The notes under the pieces were generated by a model, which saw only the letters and a list, made by a program, of their open reading frames with translations, had not been told where the DNA came from and searched no databases. Both the position numbers and the translations under genes were made by a program. From Lytechinus pictus (Eukaryota), in assembly GCF_037042905.1 (NCBI RefSeq), contig NC_087247.1:19282001-19346000 (forward strand): 64,000 nt of DNA. Reading direction: 5' to 3'. Shown piece by piece: positions 46,055 to 61,359 of the stretch (positions are counted from its first letter, which is position 1; the number at the start of each line of letters is the position of its first letter).

Positions 46055-49043
46055 GTACTGACACATCATTTTTAAATTCTTCTTCTTCTTCTTCTCTATA
46101 AGTACAGGCCACCGTCTGGCGTATTGTCGTACTGTGTTTATTTCTTTTTATATGAAATATTTCCCTTTTTGACACATTAATTGGTCAATTTTTATGCATT
46201 TCCACATAATCATATACCGAATGTCATGTTAAAATTCAGGATGCTGCTTTCATTTCCTTGTGAGGTTATACAAGCATGAAGGAACCACGGTTTAAAGAAG
46301 ACAATAGTGTGCAAAAATATGGAAAGAAAGGGTTCTGAACGGATGGCATTTATTATGTATAATTTATCATTATTTTGAATTTGAAATATGATTTTGTTCT
46401 AGAATTAACAATCTCAGCGGAGTCTGGTAGTGCACTCATGCTCAATGCACTGATTATTAAAAGCACTACAAATTATTACCATATCATAACCATGATAACT
46501 CGAAACGCATTCACATGAATGTGTGGTTACTATCTATTCAAATAGAGAGATCAACCAATGATACTGAATAAGATGGAGTAGTTAATTCATCAAGAGAGCA
46601 AAATAAGAGTTAAGTGGATGGAGATGGATCACGATGATCGCATATTATGAGAATGTTGGACAAACAAATATATGTGAGAATGGTATGAAGAACATCTCTG
46701 ATGTGATCTCTGATTAAGAAAGGAAAGACAGATAAGCAGGTTAAAGTGAATGACATGCATGAAAATCTAAGTGATCTGGAATGTAAACAGAGCTATACCA
46801 AAATGCTTAATAATTAAAATTAATAGCTTAAAATAAACTTAAATGCCAATTAATAATCCTAAAGTATTGATAATATTCATAATAACTTTCTTCTTCTCCA
46901 TTATCATGATTATGAGATCCATCTTCATGTGTATAGATGTGCCGTGTGTACAAGGCCTTCTTATAGTCGAGATATCTCTGCTGACTGATTTATTCAGTAG
47001 TAAATGTTATACTTTTCATTTTACTAGGTATACTACTGCATTTAAAGTTTGTCAGTGTATTTCTTACATATTATATTATGTATCAAATAATTATCAATAT
47101 ATCAAATAATTCAATTTTTATCAATTTTTTTTTCTCGGAAGAAACACTTGGATAAGCACTGTGCATAGACAGGATTTTTTTCTTTGGGGGGGAGGGGTAG
47201 TAGGAATCCTTAAGTTTCTACTTTTATAATTTCCGTAATTTCAAAAATCCTTTTAAATCACAATTTGCAAAGCTATTTATAAAGTATAAATATACGGCTG
47301 GTAGCCCCATTTTCAACTGCAGCTTTAATTATTGTTGCCAGGCTTACCTGGGGCAAGTGCATATGAGAATATCACCACCATTGAATTAAATCATTAAAGT
47401 TATATTACATGCAGCTCGACTTGTAAAAGGATATTGGCAATTGAACAATATGCATATCTAATACATGTAGGTCCATGTTGTATGCATACTGTAGAGAACT
47501 ACATAATACAACTTCTTTACAGTTAAGATGAAGTGAAGCCTTGATAGCATCTTATCTTCATTCAATCATGGCTTGATGGGTTAGTAACCATGGACACGAA
47601 ATATAGCGAATACTTACATGTATAATGACGCCATATTCAAATAATGTGAAGACATATCATTATGGAAATGGAGGGAGAGAGAGAGAGAGAGGGGGGGGGG
47701 GGTTCCACGTGAAAGAGAGTAGGGGGGGGGGGGTCGATATCGTCATGAACGCATCAGTCGTTATATCCTTGGCAATGTATGTAACAGTAACGTTTCCCAA
47801 ATGAATGGGCGAAATATTATTAATGAGTTTTAATTTATTAACAGGCCTTGAACGAATGAGGAGCAATAAGTGTGTTTGTCCGGTTTTTCTTTCACCAATT
47901 CGTTTGAGAAAAAAGATTATTATCATATCATGTGAGGAGAATGGATGGATGGTACATATGTATCTTGTGTAAAGACCCTTGTAACATAGTTGACAATATA
48001 AAGAAGCATGGATGGTAACAGGGAGTGTAAACATGCACTATATTTGAAAATAACCAGGCATATTTCAGCTTAATTGTATTATACTAACCAATCTTTATTT
48101 CATGAATTAGTTCAATACGAAGGTCTATTTCTGCTTCTATAATGATTTTTTTTAAATCTCCTGAATACTGCCAACAAAAACTTACAAGTACATGTACATA
48201 AGTAAATTTTGTAGAGGGCTGATACCTGGTCATATTATGGTACATGTACATGTAGATGGGTACATACACCAAAGAGCTCAAAATACATATTTGAATGCAT
48301 CACCAATCATATCTGTTTGTGGGTGTGTTTTTTATACTTTTTAAGAACCCTTTTTCGACCCATTTTTATCAAGCCTTTCAAGCAATTTTCGGTTCCCCCT
48401 TTTTCGTATGGAAATTGATGGTATACCGAAAGATACCAGATTTCTAGTCGACTGATGGATGTTGTAAACAGACCAATAAATTCACCTTGAATCGAAACCA
48501 GCTGCTCTATGCTCAGGTTATACATGTATTTAAGAATGATATAGCTGCATGCACAGTTGTATGTCATTTCATTAAACCTCGCTTCGGTTTTATCATAGAA
48601 TAGTTAGGACAGTGTATGGTACTCTCTTGCAATGGACCAATGAAAACAGATTCACCAACATATTGGTTGATAGCTACCAATCATTTGCTGTACGAATATG
48701 GCGATTAGATGCTTTAATATTGCTGGGACATTCAATGCATAAAACATGAATATCGAGTAATGATAATACCAAGTTTCATCTGAACAAAAACAATAAATGT
48801 CCATCAATACTACCGTGACTAACCAAAATATTGCTCATTTCAATCATTGTAAACATTTTCGCCATTCGTTTTAATGGAAATTGGTACATAGATCGGACTC
48901 ATTTTTATTTCTTGTAGGCATGGATTTCTGTTTTGAAAATTAATTATAGTGGATCAAACAAAGCGATGAAGTTAATCAAAAGTCATACAATCACAGTAAT
49001 TTCATAGTAGTCACAGTAATGATGTTTTTCCGTTTTTTATCAG

Positions 49044-49295
49044 GCATCTGTCTACTCCTTGGAATTCTTATATATCCAAGTGGCTGGAGTCAACACTCTG
49101 CCTATAAAGCTCTTTGTCAGGATTCTATCAGTTATACAGACACCAAGGGATGTGAATTACGATGGGTCTTCTTCCTGGCCATCATCGCTGTCTTTGATGC
49201 CTTTATATTGGCCATACTAGCCTTCATCCTTGCCAGTAAGCAAGGCAAACTCTACATGGACATGCACTTCTCTGACTACTACAAGAATGGCAAAA
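49044..49295 (+). CDS. LHFPL3: LHFPL tetraspan, exon 2
   Basis: GICLLLGILIYPSGW...C...CELRWVFFLAIIAVFDAFILAILAFIL matches the family segment YP-GW...C...C-VRWAY-LAII---DA-ILS-LAF. Boundaries tcag| and A|gtaagt, phase 1/1. Confidence 0.92.
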
Positions 49296-49575
49296 GTAAG
49301 TCAACTTGTCCACATTGGTATCTAGAGACTCAGCGCGAGTGTAATATTATTCTCGACCGGTTCATGAACTTTTAAAGTTTTAGCCACGGAATAACCCTAG
49401 TGGAGCACGATTTCATGCTGCCATTAAAATAATATTATGCTTGATGTATCTCCATTTCCATTATAATGTAAAAAGACTGGATTTTCTATTCCTGTATAGG
49501 TCAGAGTGTTCTATTTCTAAATGTGTTTTGGGGGCAAGATTAACAAGGTAACAACATTACATATTGATTCCACAG

Positions 49576-49886
49576 GTAATGGTGTCCAGCCAAAACCGAA
49601 GAAGCATGGAACAGTCAACTCTACCATCTTCAACACCTACCCAGCTGTGCGTGAGAACAACCGACCCCGCATCAACGGATCAGCAAGCAGAGACAACACG
49701 GATGGAACCAACAGCATCCCAAGGGTTGAAGATGATCTTTACGCTCAGGTAAGACCTCGGTCGGTTCGTGATGCAGAGAGCCATGGGGCTGCCGATGACG
49801 AGTTGTCGAGTACGACGCGTAGCTCCAAAAGTGCCGGGAAGTCGTCACGGAAGTCGAGCAATCGCGAGCACAATGTTACCATTTGA
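49576..49886 (+). CDS. LHFPL3: LHFPL tetraspan, terminal exon (cytoplasmic tail)
   Basis: Acceptor cacag| is phase-compatible with ORF 49521-49886. The joined CDS is 1011 nt (336 aa). An internal CAG|gtaaga at 49749 could be an alternative donor. Confidence 0.7.
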
Positions 49887-51286
49887 ATCTATTTAGTCAA
49901 TAGATGATCTACAGTAGACTATGAGTGATTGAAGATTTATATTATTGTGTATTATGTGATGTGTGCATTTAAACACGAATATGAATGTCTTCCCGTGTAT
50001 GTGTACCCATAACACTCGGCGAATACTGTGTCATGAAGAATGTCATCACTATTTATCGTTCACTGAAATGAGCACTGGCTTCTGAATGTTACTATGACAA
50101 CTCAGTAGAGTGGTGTAATGAGATAACAAATCTGAAGATCGAGTATTGGATACATGCAAATATTTTAGAAATTTAGCGCTATCGAACGAAGCGGTCTAGC
50201 AATAAATTGTTTTTTTTTAATCATTTAGTGACTCGGTAAACGACAGCAAAAGTGTTGACCATCTTAATCGTTCAGGTTGTATTGGATGGTTTAGGGAAAA
50301 CAGTACATGCATCCCAGCGCTCAGGGTACAATGTGCCAATCTAGTGTTCTTCCATTATGATATCCATCATGAGTAAAAACATAGGAATAGATTATACTGA
50401 CCCGTATTCTGAAATATATCTCTGGTCTTAAGTTATGATTTAAATATGAATAGCCTACATGTAGCTGATAACAAATCTATGAAAGTAGTCGTACATCATG
50501 TACATGTTCAGTTTATCAGCAGACATTTTAATCATTCGTAAGTGTCTGTGAATAATAGCTAAACACGTCAAGAAACAGCATACAATGAAAAGAAGACCTT
50601 GATTTTTCGGCCCCATCATTTTGATGATTATAGCCCAAGTTACATGTACTCGATGTGCAAACTATAAATAATGGGAATTTTAGGAAGAGGATTAGGCAGG
50701 TAAATTTTGAGAAGGGAGTTGAGAGAAAACTGATTAGTGATTATTGCTGTTTGTACAGATAATATTTATATTCCAAGGTGGGTTTTGCATGAAATAGAAT
50801 TATTGATACATATGCTTTGAAAGAATGTAAGTTTGAATTGTATCCTTTAACAGCATGTATGTTTTAAATCGTATATCTTATAGCGTTAAGAGGTGGATCG
50901 GACTCCCATGTTGTCAGCCAGCAGGTAACCTTAAAAATAACCCTTTCATTATTTTCAGCTGAATATAGCTGATCTGCATGTAGTTTCGCAAATGTAGATG
51001 CTGTTTTGCAAATGTGTGTAACTGTGTATACCCAGTGGAAGTTGCTTGTGTGTTTACATAAAAACAAAGCATGTAAATTTATAATTTCAAAGAATTATTA
51101 ATGAGATAACAGCTGCTAAGGCTTCGTGCATCTATTCTTATTATGTCACGTATATTTACAGTATTAGACAGTAATATCTTTCTCATTATATTTTTGTTTT
51201 TATTAATTTTCAACATATTCGATTCGCATGATTGATATTATAGTTAACCTTTTATACTGAGAAAATAAAGTTTTTTTATGTTTGCT

Positions 51287-51520
51287 TACGGCCGTACGCA
51301 GTTGGGGGCAGAAATTTGAAAACTTTTTTACCGAAAATTTTCTCAAAATTTGTCATAGGTGTGCAACGGAATCCTTCAATTTTACTTTAGGAAATGCAAA
51401 AGCGCCCCAATGACAAAGCTCGGTCGCTTCGCTCCCTGCCTCCCTCGCTTTCGAATTTCTTCGAAAAACTTTGCTCGTCTTTGCCCCCCCCCCCGGAAAA
51501 AAATTCTGCGTACGGCCATT
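51287..51520. mobile_element. MITE related to the units of the 1-891 foldback
   Basis: TIR GGCCGTACGCAG / CTGCGTACGGCC, internal ATGACAAAGCTCGGTCGCTTCGCT and a poly-C tract. Confidence 0.6.
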
Positions 51521-54500
51521 GTTCTGGATTTAGACGCTTTCTTCAACAAATTGCATAATACTTTAATATATTGATGGAAAGAAACCACTGAAAACCCCAT
51601 CATTATTTGCCACACGTCCGTTCGCACGTATTTTCAGCAAAAAATTTCAAGCACCGATACTTGAAGAAAGTAAAAATCATTCTTTGAGAAGTACATGCAT
51701 GTGCACAGCTAGCAGGGTGCTTGTTTGTTTAGATAGTGAGAGGTTTTTTTTAAGTACATTAATTTGCACGATTCGAATATTGCATGTAATAAATGTATTT
51801 CTTGAATCTGACATTATTTTGTATGATTTCGCAAATTATTTAGCCCTCAAACTTTATAGCATTGTGTTGTCAATTTTCTCCGTACTGGAAGCTCTTTTAT
51901 GCATGTATGTCTTGTCATAATTGCGTAGACAGTAGAGAATGTATCTAAAATTCAGATTAACCATGTCTAGATATAGCAAGTTCAATTAGGTTGTTTTTTT
52001 TACAGGAGGCATCATGAATTTTGAAAAGAAATCATGCAAGTGTTATATGATAGTAGAATATCTGCTTGCAACACTTAGGCCTTGAGGCAAGTGCATTTCT
52101 AATGTAAAAACTTACATTGTACTGTAAAGAAATAATTGTTTGTGGCTGTTACTATGACTCATACTTTCTTTAGAGATGCATGTGCATTTTAATTGTATTA
52201 TTTTTTTAATGAAAATAAACATATTTTAGTTGTTTATAGCAGATTTAGTGGTAAATTTTTGTATCGTGAATCATAACGTTCAGAATATTCACTTCAAGAT
52301 TGCGGTGTTCACTCTTTAATTTCTACAGGTATTATGGAATTAATACATATAATAAAAACTTGTAAGGAATATATATGTTGAAGGTTCACATAAACGAAAA
52401 TAAATGAATAGAATAGAATATTTTTTAATTCCTTAATTTCCTTTCCATATTGTAACTTGTTTTAAAATTTTAAGTGCAAGGAGATTAGAAATTACAAATA
52501 CATTATGATTTAGCATGAAAACATGCATTAGGTTTCCAAATTGAATTCAATTACATCAATACTTTATACTGTCTATATACCATCCGTTCTTGTTATGTTT
52601 ATTATGTTTATAAACCAAAAATAGGCTCATCCAAGAACCTTCAAGTTCATTACATTCTTAAATCAAAAATAATTTCGAATTTTGTAATATATAATTTTTC
52701 TCTACAAGGTTACACCTGACAACTCGAGATCAAGATTTGTCACCTAATATCTCGTGACTGATGTCGTCAGAACAGATTCCAAGCCCTTTAGATATACTTT
52801 GAAGAATCATCATATATGTAATTCTGTGAGATGGTGTTGAATATGCAAGGATGATTAAAATAAAATAATAAAAGTGTAGGCTTTGTGGAGATTGCACTAT
52901 ACTTAAAGAACTATAGTCTTCTACAATATGCTTGCCATGTATTATCATGTAAATAGTGTAAGTGTTAAAATGAAGGGCAAGTTCAAGTGCATTTTAATAA
53001 AGAAAAATAATGTTAGCCATGCATCGACATCGAATATACCATTTCGATTCATATTTTAGTCTTATTAGCTACAAATCACATTTAAAATGTTTTTTTAAGG
53101 TTATATTACATCTCATATATAATCAGGAACGAATGCAATTAATTGATTATTATAATTAATTTAATTAACCATAATAATTATCCAGTATGACTCTTTTAAT
53201 ATACAGGTTGTTAGAAAAAAGTGGTGATTGAAAAAAAAAATATTGTCCATGATTAAACCATAAAATATTGTAATCATATTATTCAGATAAAGAACATGTT
53301 TATAAGACGTGTTTTGTTAATACAGACTTTTGTTCTTACGATTATACAGTACGGCTGCAATGATCATGTTATCATGTTTATATGGTACTTGACAAAACGG
53401 AGGAAAGTAGGACCATTTAGAGAGAAAAAAGTTTTCTTATGTCACTAGATCGAAGGTGTAAGTTAAAAAAATGTGTAAAAACTGTATTATCTAAATGTAT
53501 TTGCTGAAATTTATATAATATATATCACATGCACTGTGTATTGGTTATACCGAGGACCATTTACATAAATTATATAGAGACGAAGATGTGCCTATTTTAT
53601 AATTCTGTTATTAGTGAGCACGTTTCATTTCTTCACGTATATTCAATTGTTTTCGTAAATTCTAATGCTGTATAATATTTTTTTATACTCTAAGATTGTT
53701 TTGTAATTCACAATGTTAAGATATTACCGTTAAATTATTGTGTATATTTTGTTTTGTTTGTCTTCATATATTCATCAACACAACAGGTTGATTTTGACAG
53801 AGTAAAACTTAATGAGATAAGCATGTCGCAGAAAATTTATTTATTCAATGGTTAGAGTGGACTCAGCTATTATTATATACACAGCCCGGAAAACAGCTGG
53901 TAGACTAGTAGTTCTCTTTCCATAACCTCTCTTTTAGCGATTTATTATTTTCTTTGTTTTCCGATAATAGAGCACAATTCATGATTTACCGATGTGCCGG
54001 AAGGCCCAGAACGGGGGCTTTCTGTTCCATTAATTTTTCTTTGATTCCCATGGGGTCTGTATGAATACAATTCACGTGAATTTAGAGGGAAATGAAAAAC
54101 TTTAAATGTTCGTAGCCTTATCTATTATTATGTGCTTTATTGATGCTCGAAGACCCCTATAGAAATATTATCTCGATAGGAATTTAAGAGGGGTTTTAAA
54201 GAACAAAGGTTGGTCCTTATATTCTGCCTCCGCCTATTTACAATGATAACTCACATGATTACGGAATTATAATGATACACACACTTCAATAAAATATATA
54301 CCTTAAAATCTATCTTATTATGTACATGTACAAACATTGGGGAAACCCAGTTCTTAATGAGAAGAAGTTAGGGTCTAAAGAGTACGACAAAACTGTACAT
54401 TAAATAAATGTTTTGCTAAGTGATAAGGGGATTGATTGTTCATAATGCAGTAAGATTTCAATTTCATTTAGCATGTAGTATATATTTTTTCAGTGAAAAT

Positions 54501-56788
54501 CACTTGAATTTCATGAATTGTTCCCCAGATTATATTGTAGAAATAGAGTAGGTTGTATCAGAATATAAAATAAACATAATAACGATCATGAAATAGTGTG
54601 CACCAAAATTGATCCTTCGTATATATATATTCATGTAATAATTTTTCAACTGAATGTCTAAGCTCACAGTTCAAGTATAGTGTAAATAATTCATATTCTT
54701 TATGTAAAGTTCAATTGGTTGCATAGGGGTTTTAGCCGTTTTATTTCTTTTTGATATGGACCATGAACAGTAATATAACCTCGCCTTCTATCTACTCATT
54801 AGTTTGCTGGGGGAAATGTCGTGCCTCCAATAAAACATTTGTTACCCTCATATTTCATGGTATTTTCTTGGTCGACAATAGCTTCATTGTATGTACACGT
54901 TCAATGAAAACTGTAATCCAATTCGATACCTGATATATTTCTTCCCTTTCTTCACATCAATCTAAACCCTATCGAGCAGCAATCTCAAGAATGGAATGAC
55001 GTGCAAACCATTTATTAACCAACGACCTGCTTGTACTTTTTATACACACGTGTAATGTATATATTTAAAAAATATATTTATCAAGGATAGATTGTGATGT
55101 AGAAATTTCACATTATTGAGAAATAAAATTTCAGAAAGTTTGATGCTTTGTAAACCTGTGTCCACTGCTCTTCTGTTCAGAGTTGTTTGGCCCCATTAAA
55201 AAACTGCTTTCTTTCGGCATTCTTTCTCTGTGTTTCTTTTTCTTCGATTATTGTTACTGCATCACTGCCTGACTGCTCACTTTCAGTAACTTTACCGAAT
55301 ATGGGGCTGACAGAGTGACAGTCTCTTGTGAGTGGAGTTTTGTCACCTATGTTAAATGCAGTAAGAAAATATATGCACAATAAGTTCCTTCAAGGTGCCT
55401 TTCTACATTTTGTACATCCCCGTGCTACACTGGGAGGGAAGTTCTTGCTCATGTTTATGAGTATATAATCCGCCGTTTCATTAGTTGTAAACCCAATGAA
55501 CAAAAGGCCTTATATACACTAGAATCAAGAGAAGCAGAATGTGCCTACATAGGACTAGGCATATATTCAGGATGATTTTTTTTATCAGAATTATGATTCT
55601 TACATAGAAACTCGGCCAAATGGTAAATATTCAAATCGTTTTGTATCATGAAATACTGTTCGTACAGGTACATGTACTGCTTAATTTATCGGTTCATTTA
55701 CACAAACACGAACTCCATAAAATGAATGACGTGTGCACTGAAAGACGGCATGCACTATTCAGGCGATAGCGAAACTCTTAATATGGGTGGAGTTTATCCC
55801 TGTATACATATGCGTCATGAATATACCCCATAATACATTTCAAGAAATAAGTATTTAATTAGTGCTTATCTCAACATGAGAAAACTCGCTATCGAATGGA
55901 ATAAGAAAGATCGAACAGTGAGGGGGTTATTTTAGTACTTATCTTTATTTTTAATTACATAAAGCCGATTTACTTTGTATGGATTCTTCGCCTAATGAAG
56001 AAGATTAAAGACGATGAGTACAACGATATTCTGCCGGAAAGAAAATAAAATCCGGACACTCTCATTTTAAAGGAGCCCCAACATGCAAAAACTGAGTAGA
56101 AAATAGGCCTGGCATAATATTTTTTTTTTTTTGGAAAGACATGGTGTGGTGGGGTTGCAAAAAACTATGAAGAACTACGAATTAATCTTCGCGAATCCTT
56201 GGAAAATAGATTTATTCGTTTTTATTACGTTTTTGTGGAGGTGTAGCAAGAGCTACAGCCCCGGCTCTCCACCATATACTGATCGTGAGAAACTATAGTC
56301 CCAAACTCACCCGTCTTGTGAAGATAGCATACACCCTGGCAGATTGAGTACTTTACTATTATAAACATGCATGACGCACTTGAGTAGTTACTCCCATCCA
56401 AGTGGATCCGACAGTAGATGTGTTATTGGTGCATGATACATTGTAAACGGGCCTTGCACCTGCAACAAAAGGTTTCCAAGGATAGTTTGATTCTATCACA
56501 ATATCAATGGTGTGCATTTCGACGAACCAGAAAGAATAAAAAAGGTACGATTGTTTTGTATCACTTTCTTAAACCAACTCCTGGTCAGAGTACTACAATC
56601 ATGTAGAGGTTAGGGATTATAACTTGTTTCGGAACATGGTTGGAACCACGACTCAAACTGGGGGGGGGGGTGTCCTCATGGTCTGCTATCGCCCGTGTCC
56701 GACAACCTCACCTGTCAAAAAGTAAAATCGACTAAATTCAAGTGCCATCACTTCAAACCCCTGAGTGCCATACAACCAAATTCTCTAA

Positions 56789-57372
56789 AGGCCAATTCCA
56801 CCCCAGAAAATGTTGATTTGAATAAAAAGAGAAAAATCAAACTAACATAACGCTGAAAATTTCATCATTAATTGGATATCAAAGAGAAAGTTATGAAAAT
56901 TCAAAGCTCGCTTATTTTTCACAAAACAGTGATCTGCACAACTCCGTGACATGCAAATGAGGCAGTCGATGATGTCCCCCACTCACTATTTCTTTTGTAT
57001 TCTATTATATGAAATATTCTTATTTTCTCCTCATTTTCAAGTGAAACAACGATTAATTCCTTCTCTGAACATGAAAAATTAGTATTGTGTAGTACTATAA
57101 TTATGGTTCATTCATGTTGGTCCTTATTGTAAAATCTGTAAAAAATGTAATATTGTAATTCAAACAATAAAAAAAACAAAAGAAATAGTGAGTGGATGAC
57201 GTCATCTCCTCATTTACATACCGACCAAGATGTATAACTGTTCTGTGAAATTAAGCGAAATGTCACAACTTTTCTTATTTTACATCCGATTTTGATGAAA
57301 CTTTTAGTGTTATGCTTGCTGGATTTTTCTCATATTATTCAATCCAATTTTTTGTTGGGGTGGACTTGTTCT
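56789..57372. mobile_element. Kolobok-type MITE (same family as 38481-39156)
   Basis: CTAA|AGGCCAATTCCACCCC ... GGGGTGGACTTGTTCT|TTAA with long imperfect TIRs. Confidence 0.7.
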
Positions 57373-58976
57373 TTAAGGGCGTGATGAGTGGGGTAAAGCT
57401 ACCCCAAGTGTCGTTTTATGTTCAGGTCATAAGAAAATCAGTACATTTTCTTGAAAGACCAAAGAGAATTGTATGTCAACATCTCGAGAACAGGTCACCA
57501 GTCACCGTATATAGTCGTAAGCAGTTGACTTCATGAGAAAAGCTTTTTATCTCAACTATTGAGTCTTGAGTTGAGATTCATTTTAGGAGAGCAAACGCTG
57601 GCGATCAGATTGCATACGTCATCATCATAAAGCTTTTAGTTAGATTTCATTCGGGACTTTATTTAGTCAAATGCTCATGACTTGACTTCTGCAGACTTCC
57701 AACTAAAATGTGATTATGAGGCACCCTTCTAAGTGGTGAAGGCTTTTGACAACCCTCACAGGTATTATTTGATTGCAATGATAGCAAATAACTGGCTGAA
57801 ATGACGTTCGACATGCACAAGTGGTATGGCAATTTATATGCCCTATAAATGAAATGCGTTACTCTTTTAAAAGGGGACATATCCCCCCCCCCCCCACACA
57901 CACACACACAACCCCTTTACGACATGACACTTTTTCAAATCTCCCTTTCCTTCAAGTTCAATAATGTATCTATATGTTCCGAAATTCATATTTTACATAT
58001 ATTGGCCGTTTGTTATAAGGTATGTATTTTATCCGCATTTAGTTTGCCTGCGATTACAGCCCTTCAACATTTTCCACTTATCCGGTTCAATCCTTCTCGC
58101 TTGAACAAACGAGAGTATTGATTTTTGACAAGTGGTAGGCAATTTTCTGTTTTCTTTCTGGGTGTGAATCATAATTCCATGCCATGTACGCTTTAGAGAC
58201 GGACCGATCGATGCGATTATAATGCGATTTAGAAACAAAGAAGAGTTAGAACAGAATAATTGAAAAATCTGATATTTTGTAGATCCGTATAGCATAAACA
58301 TCAAAATGATATATTTTCCCTGATAACTGTTTTTTCCGTTTTCTTTTTTTCTATTGCATTTCACTAGACCGCATACGACAGAAGATATGAAGAAATATAC
58401 AGAAAACGGGGAAAAGAAGAATAACATTCTTCTATCCCCCGTTTCCTTGCATAGGCCTACATGTCATTCTCTTCAGTATGATAGCTAAATTATGCATCTG
58501 CGATGATCGACGATTGCCGTTTGTAAACTGATATCATTATTTTGATCTAATCGCGATAACTGAACGGTTTTTTTTTTTACAAGTTTGTTATTTTAAATCG
58601 TGCACTCTTGGAATACCTACAATACATTTCTACAGTTGAGAAATAGACAAGTCAACATGGTCAACAGGTTATGCCAAAACAGTTACTTTTTTAATCATTT
58701 ACAAACAAGTAGTATTAACGTTTTATCATCATAATTGGTATCATTCGGGGGATGGGGATATTTTGTGCAATTGGATGCAAGGTAGGCATTATCTAAGAAA
58801 GTGCACAGAAAATAAAATTTTGAGCCAAAGTAGTGAGGCTATGATTCTTTCAAGATACAAGAGACAACCGGTGGTCATTCTCGGATCCTATTCAGAGTCT
58901 GACCACATCTACTATGACGATTTTGTGTCGGTGCCGATTTCAAGTCAAGTTGTCATCACACAAGAGACTTTTATTA

Positions 58977-59774
58977 AGGGTGCGTTTATCCGCCACTTTT
59001 TTACCCTAGAATCATGATCTGAATCATGATTCAAATCATGATTCTGCAGAATCACGATTGCGTTTAGTCGAAATTGAATATAATCATGATTAGAATCACA
59101 AACATGAAACACGAAAAAAGGGGCGTTTGGAAAGACGTTTCTGCAGAATCACGTACGAAAATGTTCGAATAAACGATATCGTGATTTGAATCATGATTCT
59201 ATGACCTCACTGTTGTGTCGGGCTACTTTCGGTTTGACTCTTGCCTAGCTCAATGCGCTGTGTGTACATGAATATGTACTACGCATGCATTTCTTGTCAT
59301 GTTCAAGCTCTGTGTTGGTCATCGCATCGTCCACTACTTTTCATTTATTGGTCATGTCTTCAACTTCAAGTTCTATAGTAAATGAATTAACTGGACAGAC
59401 AATGATCTCAGTTGTTGAGTATACAGTATCAATACTAAATTGGATCTACGCTGAAATTCACTTCCGAACACCATTTTGGATAAACTAACAAGATGAATAG
59501 AAGCATATGGACCCTATATGATAGAAGTAAACAAAATGAGGTATAGACTGAATTCTGGAAGCAAAAGATTTTTCGAGAGCCGAAACACGTGCGAAAAACT
59601 TCCTCTGTCAAACTGCGCACTAGTGATGCGCACTGGATTGGCCCGAATCTGAGGAGAAACAGCATTGGAATGAAGGTCGTCTAAACGCTGATTCTGTGAT
59701 ATTGTGATTCATGTTTGTGTTTTGAATCATGATTCAAATCATGATTCTGGCTTGAGGTCGCATAAACGCAGCCC
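58977..59774. mobile_element. Harbinger-like MITE with AATCATGATT subterminal palindromes
   Basis: Termini GGGTGCGTTTAT / ATAAACGCAGCCC. TGAATCATGATTCAAATCATGATTC occurs near both ends. Confidence 0.55.
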
Positions 59775-61359
59775 CAGAAATCGACGGAGTTTTCTAAAAT
59801 TATGAACGCATCAAACCTTTTACGATCCCAGGATGTGTCCGTTTGATATAAATTTGACGCGAGGTATTCCCTGATGAATTTACATAGTGGGAATACCTGA
59901 GTTGGATATTCATAAACTTTTACTATTTTTATTACGTAATGATAACTCAGGTTTCGAGGCAGAATATCATTAATTACTTTATGAGGAAGGATGTGTGATT
60001 GTCATGGAAGATGTCCCTTCTTCTTTACCATCTCAGTGTGAACATAATTATCCCTCATAGTAATTAATGACACAAAAAGATTTGGCACAAAACACTCATT
60101 CATATCTCTCATATTCTACCGTTTTATATAGTGTTAAATTGTTTTATTCGCAATCATCCAATGATTGTGAACTTGACATTCAAAATTGTGGGTTTTCGTC
60201 CAAACAGACGATATCCTTTCATTTTTCTCCGGTATGTGTTGCAACCATGGAAACAACCTTAGCAATACATATTGTGGGTGATTACAAAAATATGGTTGAC
60301 ATCTGAAACTATTGTCTGATTCGCTCGATCCTCCCTCATATTTTTCTTTCTATTTTGCTCGTTACGTTCTTTTCTTCCAACTTTTTGGTTTCAGCCTTCC
60401 TGTCGCCTGCAGTCTACGAAAAGAAGAAAAACTGAAGTGGTGAAATGTTCTTAATTTGAATCATTGATGTGTTTGACCTAGATCGCGTTTAAAGGGAAAT
60501 GGTCATCAAGGTGCTTTAATATAAAAGCAGAAAAATAGCTAAGGGGCAACCATTAGTGATATCAATATAATACAATTTTCTCAGAAATTGAAGAAATGAT
60601 AATAGATTTAATGCCCCTACGTACAATTTATGCATTTCCTACACACGCTTCATAAATAAATCAGAATTCCTATCACATTACATAGGTGGCAATCACTGCT
60701 ATAATGTGGTGTCACAAAATCAAAACTTCGATTACGCCCAAGCTGTTTTATTTTCTCATTTTGTCTGCTTTTGATGAAGGGTGAACTCTCCTGCAAAGTT
60801 CGACGGGTTTAGAGCAGAGGGCGCACCACAGATTATCAGAGAAGAGCGTATATTGATTCCTTTCTGTGACCGGCGTATCAATTTGATAAAGATCAGGGCT
60901 TTCCCAAAGATTTTTTTACAAATAAGTCTTAAAACATCAAACACATTAAACTATTTGCAAAAACACATGAGATGAATATTTGATCTACAGAATTAGTCTT
61001 AGCGTTGACAAAACTTTCTCAGTCCTACATCAACCATTACATACATGAACAACAAAACAGATGCGCACTGTACGTATTTCAGTGCAAAGTTGTACAATTT
61101 GCATCTTGCTTCATTCTAATATCCAAGAGCTATCACAAAGCCATATTAATTAAGGCAAAGGTGAATTTAAACATACAAAAAAGGCTATATAAATGAATTT
61201 CCTAATTGATCAATCGTGATCCTCAATCATTTTTGTAATAAAAAACACTGCATAATTTTGTAAGCTGTATTATACTAAACATGACTAAATCACACGGTGT
61301 TTGTAAGTACATTGCCACCTGCAGAAGCAGCTGCTTGGACAGACGGAGGTCGCTAGAGG

